A stretch of 64,000 nt of DNA from Myxococcota bacterium (GTDB lineage: Bacteria > Myxococcota_A > UBA9160 > UBA6930). The translations under genes and the position numbers were made by a program. Below, in pieces: positions 1 to 8,849 of this stretch; position 1 is the stretch's first letter, and every line of letters starts with the position of its first letter. The stretch is taken from positions 4,160,001 to 4,224,000 of the forward strand of contig OZ245002.1 of assembly GCA_965223415.1 (NCBI GenBank), in the 5' to 3' direction. The notes below the pieces were generated by a model. It was not told where the DNA came from. It ran no database searches and worked only from the letters and a program-made list of their open reading frames with translations.

Positions 1-9
1 GCCGAGCGG

Positions 10-1170
10 GTGCGTGAGGAGGTGGCGACGGGCCTGCAGGCCGGCCTCGACTTCTCGGGCATGTTCACCGTCATCCGCGAGGAGGCCTTCCTCGGGCCGG
101 TGGAGAGCCCGCGCTTCGACGACCGCCGGCCGGTCGCCTGCGACCGCTGGCGTCAGATCGGTGCCGACGCCCTGGTGCAGGGCGAGGTGCAGGCCAGCGC
201 AGACAAGCTGCGGGTGCGCTTCCGGGTGCTGGACGTGGCCCGCGGCTGCCGTAGCCAGAAGCGCAACCAGTTCGACGCCACGCGCGACCAGGCCCGGCGG
301 GTGGGCAAGGCGGTGGCCGACGACGTGGTCGCGGCCTTCACCGGCCGCCCGGGAGTCGCCGACACCGAGATCGCCTTCGTCTCGAACCGCGGCGGGACCA
401 AGGAGGTCCATGTGATGGACGCGGACGGTCTGAACCTCCGCGCGGCCACCCGCAACCGCTCGATCAACTCCTTCCCGGACTGGTCGCCGGACGCCTCGTC
501 CATCGTCTACACGAGCTACCGCCACCGGAACCGGCCGTCGCTCTTCCTACTGACCCGGGGGCGTCGCTCCCCGGGACGGATCCTGCGCAACATGCGCGCC
601 ACCGGGCCGATCTACCGCGGGACCTTCAGCCCCGACGGCAACCTGCTCGCGCTCGTGATGAGCCACCGCGGGGCCACGGACATCTTCACCGTGGGGCGGG
701 GCGGCACGAACCTGCGCAACCTCACCCGCCACCGGGCCATCGACGTGTCCCCGGCCTGGTCGCCGGACGGGCGGCGCATCGCCTTCGTCTCCGACCGCAC
801 GGGCTCGCCGCAGGTCTACGTGATGGGAACCGACGGCAGCGGCCAGCGGCGCCTCACCTTCAACGGCAGCTACAACACGGCGCCGGCCTGGTCGCCGGAC
901 GGCGAGTGGATCGCCTACGAGAGCCGCGTCGGCGGGCAGTTCGACATCTGGCTGATCGACCCCGAGGGCGGGGCGAACGTGCCACTGGTGACCCACCGCC
1001 GCAGCGACGAGCACCCGAGCTGGGCGCCGGACAGCCGCAAGCTCGCCTTCAGCTCGACCCGTCGGGGCCGGGCGGACGTCTACGTCGTCGACGTCAACGG
1101 CAAGAACCTGCGCCGGGTCACGGACGGGGGCGAGAACACGAACCCGGACTGGGGCCCCTACCGTCGGTAG
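10..1170 (+). CDS. tolB: Tol-Pal beta-propeller protein TolB (5' end probably outside window)
   Basis: Repeated PD40 motifs (PxWSPDG..IAF/IVY); TolB N-domain-like region; directly upstream of cpoB. Confidence 0.93.
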   Translation: MREEVATGLQAGLDFSGMFTVIREEAFLGPVESPRFDDRRPVACDRWRQIGADALVQGEVQASADKLRVRFRVLDVARGCRSQKRNQFDATRDQARRVGKAVADDVVAAFTGRPGVADTEIAFVSNRGGTKEVHVMDADGLNLRAATRNRSINSFPDWSPDASSIVYTSYRHRNRPSLFLLTRGRRSPGRILRNMRATGPIYRGTFSPDGNLLALVMSHRGATDIFTVGRGGTNLRNLTRHRAIDVSPAWSPDGRRIAFVSDRTGSPQVYVMGTDGSGQRRLTFNGSYNTAPAWSPDGEWIAYESRVGGQFDIWLIDPEGGANVPLVTHRRSDEHPSWAPDSRKLAFSSTRRGRADVYVVDVNGKNLRRVTDGGENTNPDWGPYRR

Positions 1171-1206
1171 GGTCGCTAGCCTGGCAGGACCTTCTGGGGG
1201 GATCGC

Positions 1207-2085
1207 ATGGAGATCGCGAAACGCGCACGAGGTTGGGCCCGGGTGGGTCTCCTGGCCCTGCTGGTGCCGGGCCTGGGCGGCTGCGTCACCGTGGCCGAGT
1301 TCCGCAAGCTCGAATACCAGGTGAACAAGCTCAAGGCCGGCGACGGCCCGGCGGCGGATCGAGCGCGGGTGGCGGACCTCTCCGCCGAGCTCGAGTCCCT
1401 GCGCGGCCAGGTCGCCCAGCTCGAGGGGCGGATCGAGGTGGGCGAGCACGATACCCGCCGCGCCCTCGAGGAGGCCCAGGCGGCGCGCCGGGACGCGGCG
1501 GCGCCCGCCGCCGGTGCCTACCCGCCGGCCGGTCCGCCGGGCACGGACGCCTACCCGCCGGCCGCTCCCCCGGGCACCGGAACCTACGATCCCGGGGCCC
1601 AGGGGCCGCCAGGCGGTGCCCCCCCGCCGGGCACCGCACCGTCGCCGGGCGCCTCCGCGCCGCCGGCCGGTCCCGTTCCCGGCGCCGGCCGTGCCGCCCG
1701 CGAGGAGCTCGACGCCTACCGCGCCGGCTACGACGCCTGGCGCACCGACGAGGCGGGGGCCTGTGTTGACCGGTTCCGGGCTTTCCTGCAGACTTATCCG
1801 TCTTCTGCGTACGCCGACGACGCAGCCTATTGGATGGCCGACTGCTACTTCAAGCAGGGGGACTACCAGACCGCGATCCTGCGCTTCGACGACGTGGCGA
1901 GCCGCTATCCCGCCAGCGATAAGGCTGCGGAGGCGCTCTACCGACAAGGAGAGGCTCTGCTCCAACTCGGTCCGCGCTACGGACAGGCGGCGGAGAAGGC
2001 GTTCGAAAGGGTGATCAACGAATACCCGGACTCGAGGCTGGCGCAGGAAGCCGAGCGGCAGCTGCGCTCGCTCAGCGCGGGCTAG
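1207..2085 (+). CDS. cpoB: Tol-Pal-associated TPR lipoprotein CpoB/YbgF
   Basis: Lipobox LGGC, coiled coil, Pro/Gly linker, YbgF-type TPRs (YPSSAYADDAAYWMADCYF, YPASDKAAEALYR). Confidence 0.88.
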   Translation: MEIAKRARGWARVGLLALLVPGLGGCVTVAEFRKLEYQVNKLKAGDGPAADRARVADLSAELESLRGQVAQLEGRIEVGEHDTRRALEEAQAARRDAAAPAAGAYPPAGPPGTDAYPPAAPPGTGTYDPGAQGPPGGAPPPGTAPSPGASAPPAGPVPGAGRAAREELDAYRAGYDAWRTDEAGACVDRFRAFLQTYPSSAYADDAAYWMADCYFKQGDYQTAILRFDDVASRYPASDKAAEALYRQGEALLQLGPRYGQAAEKAFERVINEYPDSRLAQEAERQLRSLSAG

Positions 2086-2149
2086 GGTTCGGCGCCGAAA
2101 GGCGAACGCGGGCCGGGTCCGTCCGGCGCCGGCAGAACGAGGGTGAGAG

Positions 2150-2512
2150 GTGAGGAAGAGGGAACTGGAGAAGTTTCGGAAGCTCCTGTCGCAGCAGCGC
2201 GAGCAGCTGGCCGGCAACGCCAAACGTGCGGTCTCCGGCGACATCCATCTCGATCCCGACGACTTCCCGGACGAGATCGACACCGCCTCCTCGGAGATGA
2301 ACCTGGCCTTCCAGGGGCGCTTGCGGGAGCGGGAGCGCGGGCTCCTGGCCAAGATCGACTACGCCCTCGAGAAGATCGAGGACGGCGTCTACGGCGAGTG
2401 CGAGAGCTGCGGCGAGGACATCGGGGTGAAGCGCCTGGAGGCGCGGCCGGTCGCCGAGCTGTGCATCGATTGCAAGTCGGAGCAGGAGAAGCTCGAGCGC
2501 AACCTCGGGTGA
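2150..2512 (+). CDS. dksA: RNA polymerase-binding DksA/TraR C4 zinc-finger protein
   Basis: DEIDTA coiled-coil tip; YGECESCG...RLEARP...LCIDCK. Confidence 0.9.
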   Translation: MRKRELEKFRKLLSQQREQLAGNAKRAVSGDIHLDPDDFPDEIDTASSEMNLAFQGRLRERERGLLAKIDYALEKIEDGVYGECESCGEDIGVKRLEARPVAELCIDCKSEQEKLERNLG

Positions 2513-2519
2513 GCCCTCC

Positions 2520-3557
2520 GTGACCGGGCTCGTCCTCGGCATCGAGAGCTCCTGCGACGAGATGGCGGCGGCGGTGGTGCGCGCCTCCGGCGCCACGACC
2601 GAGGTGCTGGCGAGCGTGGTCGAAGGCCAGGCCGAGGTCCATGGGCCCTACGGAGGCGTGGTGCCGGAGCTGGCCAGCCGGGACCACCTGCGCAGCGTGT
2701 CCGGCGTGAGCGGGGCCGCCCTGGAGCAGGCGGGCATCGGGCCGGAGGCGCTCTGGGGTGTGGCCGTGACGGCCGGGCCCGGGCTGCTCGGCTCGCTCCT
2801 CGTTGGGCTGTCCTTCGGCAAGGCCCTGGCGTACCGCCACGGGCTGCCTTGCGTGGGCGTGCATCACCTGGCGGGGCACCTGGCCGCCGCCGAACTCTCC
2901 CGGCCCGAGCTGCGGGCGCCCTACGTGGGGCTGGTCGTCTCCGGCGGCCACACGGCGCTCTACCGGGTGCCGGGGGAGGGGGCACCGGAGCTGCTTGGCG
3001 AGACCCGGGACGACGCGGTGGGCGAGGCGTTCGACAAGGTCGCGAAGCTGCTCGGCCTGCCGTACCCCGGCGGCCCGGCCGTGTCGCAGGCGGCGGAAGC
3101 CGGCGATCCCGCGGCCGTGGACCTGCCGCGTCCGATGCAGGCCGAGCCGAACCTCGACTTCTCCTACAGCGGGCTCAAGACCGCCGTGGCCCTGGCCGTG
3201 CAGGAGCGCGAGCCCCTGGGTGCCGCCGCCCGGGCCGACCTGGCCGCATCCTTCCAGGCCGCCGCCACCGACGTGCTCGTCGCCAAGGCGCGCCGGGCCC
3301 TGCGCGAGCAGGATCTCGGGCAGCTCGCGGTGGTCGGGGGCGTCGCCGCCAATCGGCGGCTGCGCGCCGAGACCGCCCGCGCCGCCGAGCGGGACGGCTT
3401 CCTCGCCGTCTTCCCCCCGGCCGAGCTCTGCACCGACAACGCCGCCATGATCGCCGCCGCCGGCGCCCGCCTCCTCGCCGAGGGAACCCGCCACGGCCTC
3501 GACCTCACCGCCTGGAGCCGCGTCCCCCTCAGCGCCCGCCCCTGGGAACGCCCATGA
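2520..3557 (+). CDS. tsaD: tRNA N6-adenosine threonylcarbamoyltransferase
   Basis: GIESSCDE, GGVVPELASRDH, HHLAGH, VSGGHT, DDAVGEAFDK, TDNAAMI. Confidence 0.97.
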   Translation: MTGLVLGIESSCDEMAAAVVRASGATTEVLASVVEGQAEVHGPYGGVVPELASRDHLRSVSGVSGAALEQAGIGPEALWGVAVTAGPGLLGSLLVGLSFGKALAYRHGLPCVGVHHLAGHLAAAELSRPELRAPYVGLVVSGGHTALYRVPGEGAPELLGETRDDAVGEAFDKVAKLLGLPYPGGPAVSQAAEAGDPAAVDLPRPMQAEPNLDFSYSGLKTAVALAVQEREPLGAAARADLAASFQAAATDVLVAKARRALREQDLGQLAVVGGVAANRRLRAETARAAERDGFLAVFPPAELCTDNAAMIAAAGARLLAEGTRHGLDLTAWSRVPLSARPWERP

Positions 3558-3565
3558 CCCAGCAA

Positions 3566-3643
3566 CGCAAGAGCGGGGACGTTCCTTGCATCTTGCGCTT
3601 TCGACCGAAAGCGCAAGATGCAAGGAACGTCCCCGCTCTTGCG
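3566..3643. repeat. Perfect 38-bp inverted repeat with 2-nt spacer
   Basis: 3566-3603 cgcaagagcggggacgttccttgcatcttgcgctttcg; spacer ac; 3606-3643 is its exact reverse complement. Confidence 0.95.
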
Positions 3644-3657
3644 CTTTCGGCTTCGTC

Positions 3658-4503
3658 TTGACTCCGGCGGAGATCCGGGCCTTTCTGGAGCGGCACGGGT
3701 TGGCGGCGCATCGGGGGCGGGGGCAGAACTTCCTGCACGATGCGAAGCTGGCCGACAAGCTGGTGCGGTTGGCCGGGGTCGGGAAGGACGAGGCGGTGCT
3801 CGAGATCGGGACCGGGCTCGGCATCCTCACCCGGGCGCTGGCGGCCCGGGCGCGGCGGGTGGTCACCCTGGAGATCGACGCCGGGCTGGTCCGCGGGCTC
3901 ACCGCCGACGCCGTGCTGCCGCCCGGCGTGGAGCTGGTGCACGCGGACGCCGTGGCCGCCGACTGGGGGACCTGGCTGGAGCGGGAGCCGGGGCCCTGGC
4001 GGGTCGTGGCCAACCTGCCGTACTCCGCGGCCACGCCCATTCTCCGCCGCCTGCTCGACTGCGCCGATCGGCTCGCCGGCTGGGGGGTGATGGTGCAGCG
4101 GGAGCTGGCCGCTCGCATCTCGGCCGAGGTCGGCGAGCGGGACTACGGATCCTACGCGGTGCTCCATCGGCTCTGCGTGGAGGTCACCGGAAGCCTCGAT
4201 CTTCACGGGCGTTGCTTCTACCCTGTTCCCCGCGTGGTCTCGCGATTCGTCTGCATGGTGCCGAGGGCCGACCGCCCCTCGCGTGCCGAGCTGGACGCGG
4301 TCGAGGGGGTGGTTCGGGCCGGCTTCGCCCACCGGCGCAAGACCCTCGCCAACTCCTTGCGCCGGGCCGCGCTCGTGGACGCCGCGTGGTTCGAGCCGGC
4401 GTTCGCCCGGGCCGGCATCGATCCCGGCGCCCGGGCCGAGACCGTCGCCCCCGAGCGCTGGCTGGCCCTGGCCCGCGCCCTGCACGAGGGGAGGGCGACG
4501 TGA
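3658..4503 (+). CDS. rsmA: 16S rRNA m6,2A1518/1519 dimethyltransferase (TTG start inferred)
   Basis: GQNFL, VLEIGTGLG, VVANLPY, MVQRELAARI, FYPVPRVVS, F..RRKTL.N. Confidence 0.95.
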   Translation: MTPAEIRAFLERHGLAAHRGRGQNFLHDAKLADKLVRLAGVGKDEAVLEIGTGLGILTRALAARARRVVTLEIDAGLVRGLTADAVLPPGVELVHADAVAADWGTWLEREPGPWRVVANLPYSAATPILRRLLDCADRLAGWGVMVQRELAARISAEVGERDYGSYAVLHRLCVEVTGSLDLHGRCFYPVPRVVSRFVCMVPRADRPSRAELDAVEGVVRAGFAHRRKTLANSLRRAALVDAAWFEPAFARAGIDPGARAETVAPERWLALARALHEGRAT

Positions 4504-4841
4504 CCTCCGTCGAGCCGCGCCGCGATTTCTCCGTCCCGATCCGCGTCGACGTGCGGCGCTCGAGCGGCGTCGAGAACCAGGAGTTCGCCGTCAACCTCTC
4601 GCCCCGCGGCCTGTGCATCCACACCCGGGAGGTGCTGGCGATCGGCGAGAAGGTCCACGTACGCTTCGAGCTGCCTCCCGCCGGCCCGGTCATCGATACC
4701 GCCGGTATCGTCATCTGGACGAACCGCCGCGACGACGGCGAGGCACGTTTCTGGGAGACGGGCCTGCGTCTCGACGTGGACGACGCCACCTGGGCCGTGC
4801 TCCAGGACTGGGCGAGCCAGCCGACCGACCGGCGTCGCTGA
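4500..4841 (+). CDS. PilZ-domain protein
   Basis: PRR...RVDV followed by NLSPRGLCI (N/D-x-S-x-x-G motif); GTG start overlaps the rsmA stop. Confidence 0.75.
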   Translation: MTSVEPRRDFSVPIRVDVRRSSGVENQEFAVNLSPRGLCIHTREVLAIGEKVHVRFELPPAGPVIDTAGIVIWTNRRDDGEARFWETGLRLDVDDATWAVLQDWASQPTDRRR

Positions 4842-5119
4842 TGGAGCCCGAGGCGATCCTCGACGCCCTGGTCGAGGTGGCGCGGGACGCCGGCGTGACC
4901 GTCCGCGTGCTGCCCCGGAGCGCCCTCCGCGAGGGCGAGCCGCTCCCCGAAAGCGACGTGTGTCGCATCCGCGGCGAGCCCTGGCTGATCCTCGCCGCCG
5001 GCGAGTCCATCGAGGACCGGATCGCCGCGGCCGCCCGCGCCGTCCGCCGCTACGCCGCCGACGAGGCCGACCGCCGCTTCCTCCCCCCCGCCGTCCGCTC
5101 CCGCCTGGACGACCCCTGA
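4841..5119 (+). CDS. Hypothetical protein
   Basis: ATG overlaps upstream TGA; GC3-rich codons; 92 aa. Confidence 0.7.
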   Translation: MEPEAILDALVEVARDAGVTVRVLPRSALREGEPLPESDVCRIRGEPWLILAAGESIEDRIAAAARAVRRYAADEADRRFLPPAVRSRLDDP

Positions 5120-5180
5120 AACCAACGGAACCGGTCCCCAACGCGAATCCCCGCGGGGCCTCGAGGGGGGCGGAAGCTCG

Positions 5181-5210
5181 TTGACAGGGGCGGAGGGGCA
5201 AGCGTACGTT
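5181..5210 (+). promoter_or_regulatory. Sigma70-type promoter of the pan leader/operon
   Basis: TTGACA (5181-5186), 18-nt spacer, TACGTT (5205-5210). Confidence 0.65.
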
Positions 5211-5216
5211 CCGGTC

Positions 5217-5462
5217 GAGCCGAGAGGAATCGCAGGGCGCGATCCTCATCGAAAGCTCGGACAGCATCCCGGGCCCCCCAGCCCGGAAGACAAGGACGAC
5301 GCCAGATCCTGCGCAGTTGAACGCTTGCATCCACCGCTGGTGGAGCGAGACGGAGGCGTACGAGGAAGGCCAAGTCGCGAAGTCGCGATCGGGAGCCCCG
5401 GCTCCCGATGAGGCCCGCGCCTCCGGAGGAATCCATCCTCTGGCAGGCGCGTTTTTGTTTTT
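5217..5462 (+). ncRNA. Structured cis-regulatory leader of panBCD (pan RNA motif-like attenuator)
   Basis: About 280-nt UTR with tandem hairpins with purine-rich 3' strands, plus a terminator/antiterminator pair upstream of panB. Confidence 0.55.
5416..5462 (+). terminator. Intrinsic terminator in the panB leader
   Basis: Stem cgcgcct-ccggagga / tcctctgg-c-aggcgcg followed by tttttgttttt, 36 nt before the panB ATG. Confidence 0.8.
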
Positions 5463-5498
5463 CGGCCGAGGGGATCGCCCGGGGACGGGGGATCGCCG

Positions 5499-6326
5499 AT
5501 GTCGACCGTGACCGCCGCGAGCCAGCGCGAACACCGCGTGACCACCCGCTCCCTCCAGCGCGCGAAGCGCCGGGGCGAGCCGTTCTCGATGCTCACCGCC
5601 TACGACGTCACCTTTTCCCGCATCTTCGACCAGGCGGGCATCGACGTCCTGCTCGTCGGGGATTCGGTGGGCAACACCACCCAGGGTCACGAGAACACGC
5701 TCCCGGTGACCCTCGACGAGATGATCTACCACACGCGGATGGTCGTCCGCGGCGCCTCCCGCGCGCTGGTCGTGGGCGACATGCCCTTCGGCTCCTACCA
5801 GGTCTCGCCGGAGGACGGCGTCCGCAGCGCCATCCGGCTGATGAAGGAGGGCGGCGCCCACGCGGTGAAGCTCGAAGGCGGCCGCCGGGTGAAGGAGACC
5901 CTGGCCCGCATCGCGGGCGCGGACATCCCGGTGATGGGCCACGTCGGCCTCACGCCCCAGTCGGTGCACGCCATGGGCGGCTACCGGGTGCAGGGCCGCG
6001 GCGAGAGCGGCCGGGATCGGGTGATCCAGGACGCCCTGGCGGTGGAGGCCGCCGGGGCCTTCGCCCTGGTGCTCGAGGGCGTGCCCGCGGACCTGGCCCG
6101 GGAGATCACCGCGACGGTCGGCATTCCGACCATCGGCATCGGCGCCGGCGTCGAGTGCGACGGCCAGGTGCTGGTGCTCCACGACCTGCTCGGGCTCTCG
6201 GACTGGACGCCCAGCTTCGCCAAGCAGTACGCCAACCTGGGCGCGGCCGCCTCCCAGGCCGCCCGGCAGTTCGCCGAGGAGGTGGCGCACCGCAAGTTCC
6301 CCGGCGACGAGCACTCCTACCGTTAG
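5499..6326 (+). CDS. panB: 3-methyl-2-oxobutanoate hydroxymethyltransferase
   Basis: MLTAYD, LLVGDS, DMPFGSY, AVKLEGG, GHVGLTPQ, GIGAG..CDGQVLV. Confidence 0.97.
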   Translation: MSTVTAASQREHRVTTRSLQRAKRRGEPFSMLTAYDVTFSRIFDQAGIDVLLVGDSVGNTTQGHENTLPVTLDEMIYHTRMVVRGASRALVVGDMPFGSYQVSPEDGVRSAIRLMKEGGAHAVKLEGGRRVKETLARIAGADIPVMGHVGLTPQSVHAMGGYRVQGRGESGRDRVIQDALAVEAAGAFALVLEGVPADLAREITATVGIPTIGIGAGVECDGQVLVLHDLLGLSDWTPSFAKQYANLGAAASQAARQFAEEVAHRKFPGDEHSYR

Positions 6327-6341
6327 ATACTCCCTTCGTCG

Positions 6342-7337
6342 TCAACCCTTCGTGGCGAAGAATTTCTCGCCAAGGAAGTCCTGGTCGTGGCGGAGCATGC
6401 CGTAGATGGCGTGGAGCAGCTTCCGCATGACGGCGACGAGTGCTTGCATCTTGGTTTTGCCCTTGGAGAGCAGCTTCTCGTAGAAGGCCTTCACGTTCGG
6501 TTCCCAGCGTGCAGCGACCATCGCAGGAAGAAAGAGTGCGCGGCGAAGGTGGGCGTTGCCGGTCTTGCTGATGCGAGCTGGCTTGTGCACAGAGGTGCCC
6601 GATTGAAACTGTCGGGGGTCGAGGCCCGCATGCGCGACCCATTGCCGGGTCGTCATGTCCTTGGGCAAGGTGCCTAGCTCGGCGAGCAACTGGATGCCGG
6701 CTGCGTCGGCGATACCCTTGATCGATGTGATGTGGCCGAAGTCTCTGGCGAGCTCGGGGCTCTGCTCGATCACCTTCAACGCTTGCTTGCGCAGCCGATC
6801 GATTCGCCCCTCCAGGAGCTCGATCAGTTCGCGGATGTCTTGCTTCACGAACTCACTGAGCTCCTCGCTCTGGTCGTTGGCATGGAGCCGGTTCTTCTCC
6901 TGCGTCACGGTCTTGCTCAGAGCCTCCACGCGGCGGGAGAGGGCCCGTACCTCCAGAATTCGGGGGTCCGGCGGAGTCCAGGCGGAAAACTCCATGCGCA
7001 TTCCGAACTCGAGAATCGTTTCCGCATCGAGCGCATCCGTCTTGGAGCGTTGAAGCGATGCCTTGGCGAACGCGGCAATGGCCCGCGGGTTCGCCACCAT
7101 CACCTGGGACGCCTTCGCACGGTGAAGCGCGAACGCGAGGTCGAGGCCGTACACCCCGGTCGATTCCAGGACGACGCGCGCCGTCGCATTCCCCTTCGTG
7201 GCCCACCGAATCAGCCTCTGGTGGCCCTTGGGATCGTTCGCAAAGACCAGCCCGCCCTCGCGAGTTCCGTTCCGGTCGATGGCGACGACGAGCTCCTTCG
7301 CCCCGACGTCCACGCCCACGTAATGACACTTCTTCAA
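6342..7337 (-). CDS. IS110 DEDD recombinase/transposase
   Basis: GVDVG (D), LESTG (E), KTDALDA (D,D), QSG Ser loop, SKTGN..LRRAL, AVMRKLL; TTG start with GGAGGAG RBS. Confidence 0.93.
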   Translation of the reverse strand: MKKCHYVGVDVGAKELVVAIDRNGTREGGLVFANDPKGHQRLIRWATKGNATARVVLESTGVYGLDLAFALHRAKASQVMVANPRAIAAFAKASLQRSKTDALDAETILEFGMRMEFSAWTPPDPRILEVRALSRRVEALSKTVTQEKNRLHANDQSEELSEFVKQDIRELIELLEGRIDRLRKQALKVIEQSPELARDFGHITSIKGIADAAGIQLLAELGTLPKDMTTRQWVAHAGLDPRQFQSGTSVHKPARISKTGNAHLRRALFLPAMVAARWEPNVKAFYEKLLSKGKTKMQALVAVMRKLLHAIYGMLRHDQDFLGEKFFATKG

Positions 7338-7394
7338 GGTCTCTCCTCCCCGTGATAAGCTGGGACCCGGGTCTCCCGACCCTGCACATTCACC

Positions 7395-7555
7395 TACGGA
7401 CCTTGTAGACGCAGGCTCTCGGGCCTCGGATACTCCACGGCATGGGTGACGAGGGCGGGAGGCCCATCTAACGGACAAGCTCTCTGGCTTCAGGCAGCGA
7501 CGGCCTTTCCCGGGAACCCATCTCGGAGTCTCACTCAGGCCCGAAGAGCCTGCTC
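7395..7555 (-). ncRNA. Predicted IS110 bridge RNA (ends approximate)
   Basis: Guides matching target (7492-7500, 7468-7474) and donor (7429-7436, 7402-7407), in the expected order, each pair flanking an internal hairpin. Confidence 0.85.
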
Positions 7556-7574
7556 AGAGGTACAAGGCGGCGGG

Positions 7575-8471
7575 GTGGAGATCGTACGCGACACCCGGGC
7601 GCTCCAGGCCCTGGCCGACGGCGCCCGCGCCGAAGGCCGGCGCATCGCGCTCGTGCCCACGATGGGTGCGCTGCACGCCGGCCACCTGGCGCTGGTGGAG
7701 GCCGCGCGGGAGCGGGCCGAGCGGGTGTGCGTCTCGATCTTCGTGAACCCCTCCCAGTTCAACGCCGCTGCCGACCTCGCCGCCTACCCGCGTAACTGGG
7801 AGGCCGACCTCGTCGCCTGCCGCGAGGCCGGGGTCGACTGGGTGTTCGCGCCGGAGCCCGAGGAGCTCTACCCCGATGGCTACCAGACCTGGGTGGATGT
7901 CGAGGAGCTCTCCCAGCCCCTGTGCGGCGCCGCGCGGCCGGGCCACTTCCGCGGGGTCGCCACCGTCGTCGCGAAGCTCTTCCTCGCCGCGAAGCCCCAC
8001 ACGGCGCTGTTCGGCGAGAAGGACTACCAGCAGCTCGCCCTGATCCGCCGGATGGCGCGGGATCTGGGCTTCGACGTCGAGGTGGCCGGCGTGGCCACCG
8101 CGCGCGAGGCGGACGGCCTCGCCCGGAGCAGCCGCAACGTCCACCTGGGTGCCGGCGAGGTGCGCCGACAGGCGACGGCCCTGGTGCGGGCGCTCGACGC
8201 CGCCGAGGCGGCGGTGCTGGCCGGCGAGGTGCGCGCCGAGGCCCTGGTCGGGATCGCCCGGGAGGAGATCGGCAAGGCGCCCCTGGCCGAGATCGACTAC
8301 GCCGAGCTGCGCGACCCGGACGACCTGAAGCTCCTGCGAGGCGAAGTGACCGGTCCCTCGCTCCTCGCCCTCGCCGTCTTCTTCCCTCGTGCCGCGGGGG
8401 ACGGTGAGACCGTACGACTCATCGACAACCGCGTTCTGCAAGCGCCGCGACCCCTGGAGGAACGGACGTGA
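7575..8471 (+). CDS. panC: Pantoate-beta-alanine ligase
   Basis: [50 protein letters not shown]. Confidence 0.97.
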   Translation: MEIVRDTRALQALADGARAEGRRIALVPTMGALHAGHLALVEAARERAERVCVSIFVNPSQFNAAADLAAYPRNWEADLVACREAGVDWVFAPEPEELYPDGYQTWVDVEELSQPLCGAARPGHFRGVATVVAKLFLAAKPHTALFGEKDYQQLALIRRMARDLGFDVEVAGVATAREADGLARSSRNVHLGAGEVRRQATALVRALDAAEAAVLAGEVRAEALVGIAREEIGKAPLAEIDYAELRDPDDLKLLRGEVTGPSLLALAVFFPRAAGDGETVRLIDNRVLQAPRPLEERT

Positions 8472-8821
8472 TCCGCACCATGCTCAAGTCGAAGATCCAC
8501 CGCGCGACGGTGACCGAGGCCAACATCGAGTACGAAGGCTCGATCACCATCGACACGGACCTGATGGAGGCCGCCGACCTCCTGCCCTACGAGAGGGTGG
8601 ACGTCTGGGACTGCACGAACGGAAGCCGGCTCTCGACCTACGTGATCCCCGGCGAGGCGGGCTCCGGCGAGATCTGCATCAACGGCGCCGCCGCCCACCT
8701 GGTGAAGCCCCACGACAAGGTGATCATCGCCAGCTTCGTGCAGGTGGACGACGCCGAGTGCGGGCCGCGCTGGGACGCCAAGCGCGTGTTCGTGGACGAG
8801 GCGAACCGGATCCGCCCCTAG
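8468..8821 (+). CDS. panD: Aspartate 1-decarboxylase
   Basis: [20 protein letters not shown] cleavage site, INGAAAHL. Confidence 0.97.
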   Translation: MIRTMLKSKIHRATVTEANIEYEGSITIDTDLMEAADLLPYERVDVWDCTNGSRLSTYVIPGEAGSGEICINGAAAHLVKPHDKVIIASFVQVDDAECGPRWDAKRVFVDEANRIRP

Positions 8822-8849
8822 CGGGTTCTCCAGCGGCTACCCTCCCCGG

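Larger units (their letters stand above)
6325..7566 (-). mobile_element. IS110-family insertion sequence (IS621-like, CT core)
   Basis: Core CT (AG on +) at 6325-6326 and 7565-7566; removal restores panB TAG...GTG panC; donor junction GGAGTAT-CT-TGTAC resembles IS621 ACAGTATCTTGTAT. Confidence 0.9.

Noticed and set aside
5217..5462. 6S RNA
   Set aside because: No long end-to-end rod with a central bubble was evident; the terminator/antiterminator layout before panB fits a cis-leader better, though 6S is not formally excluded.
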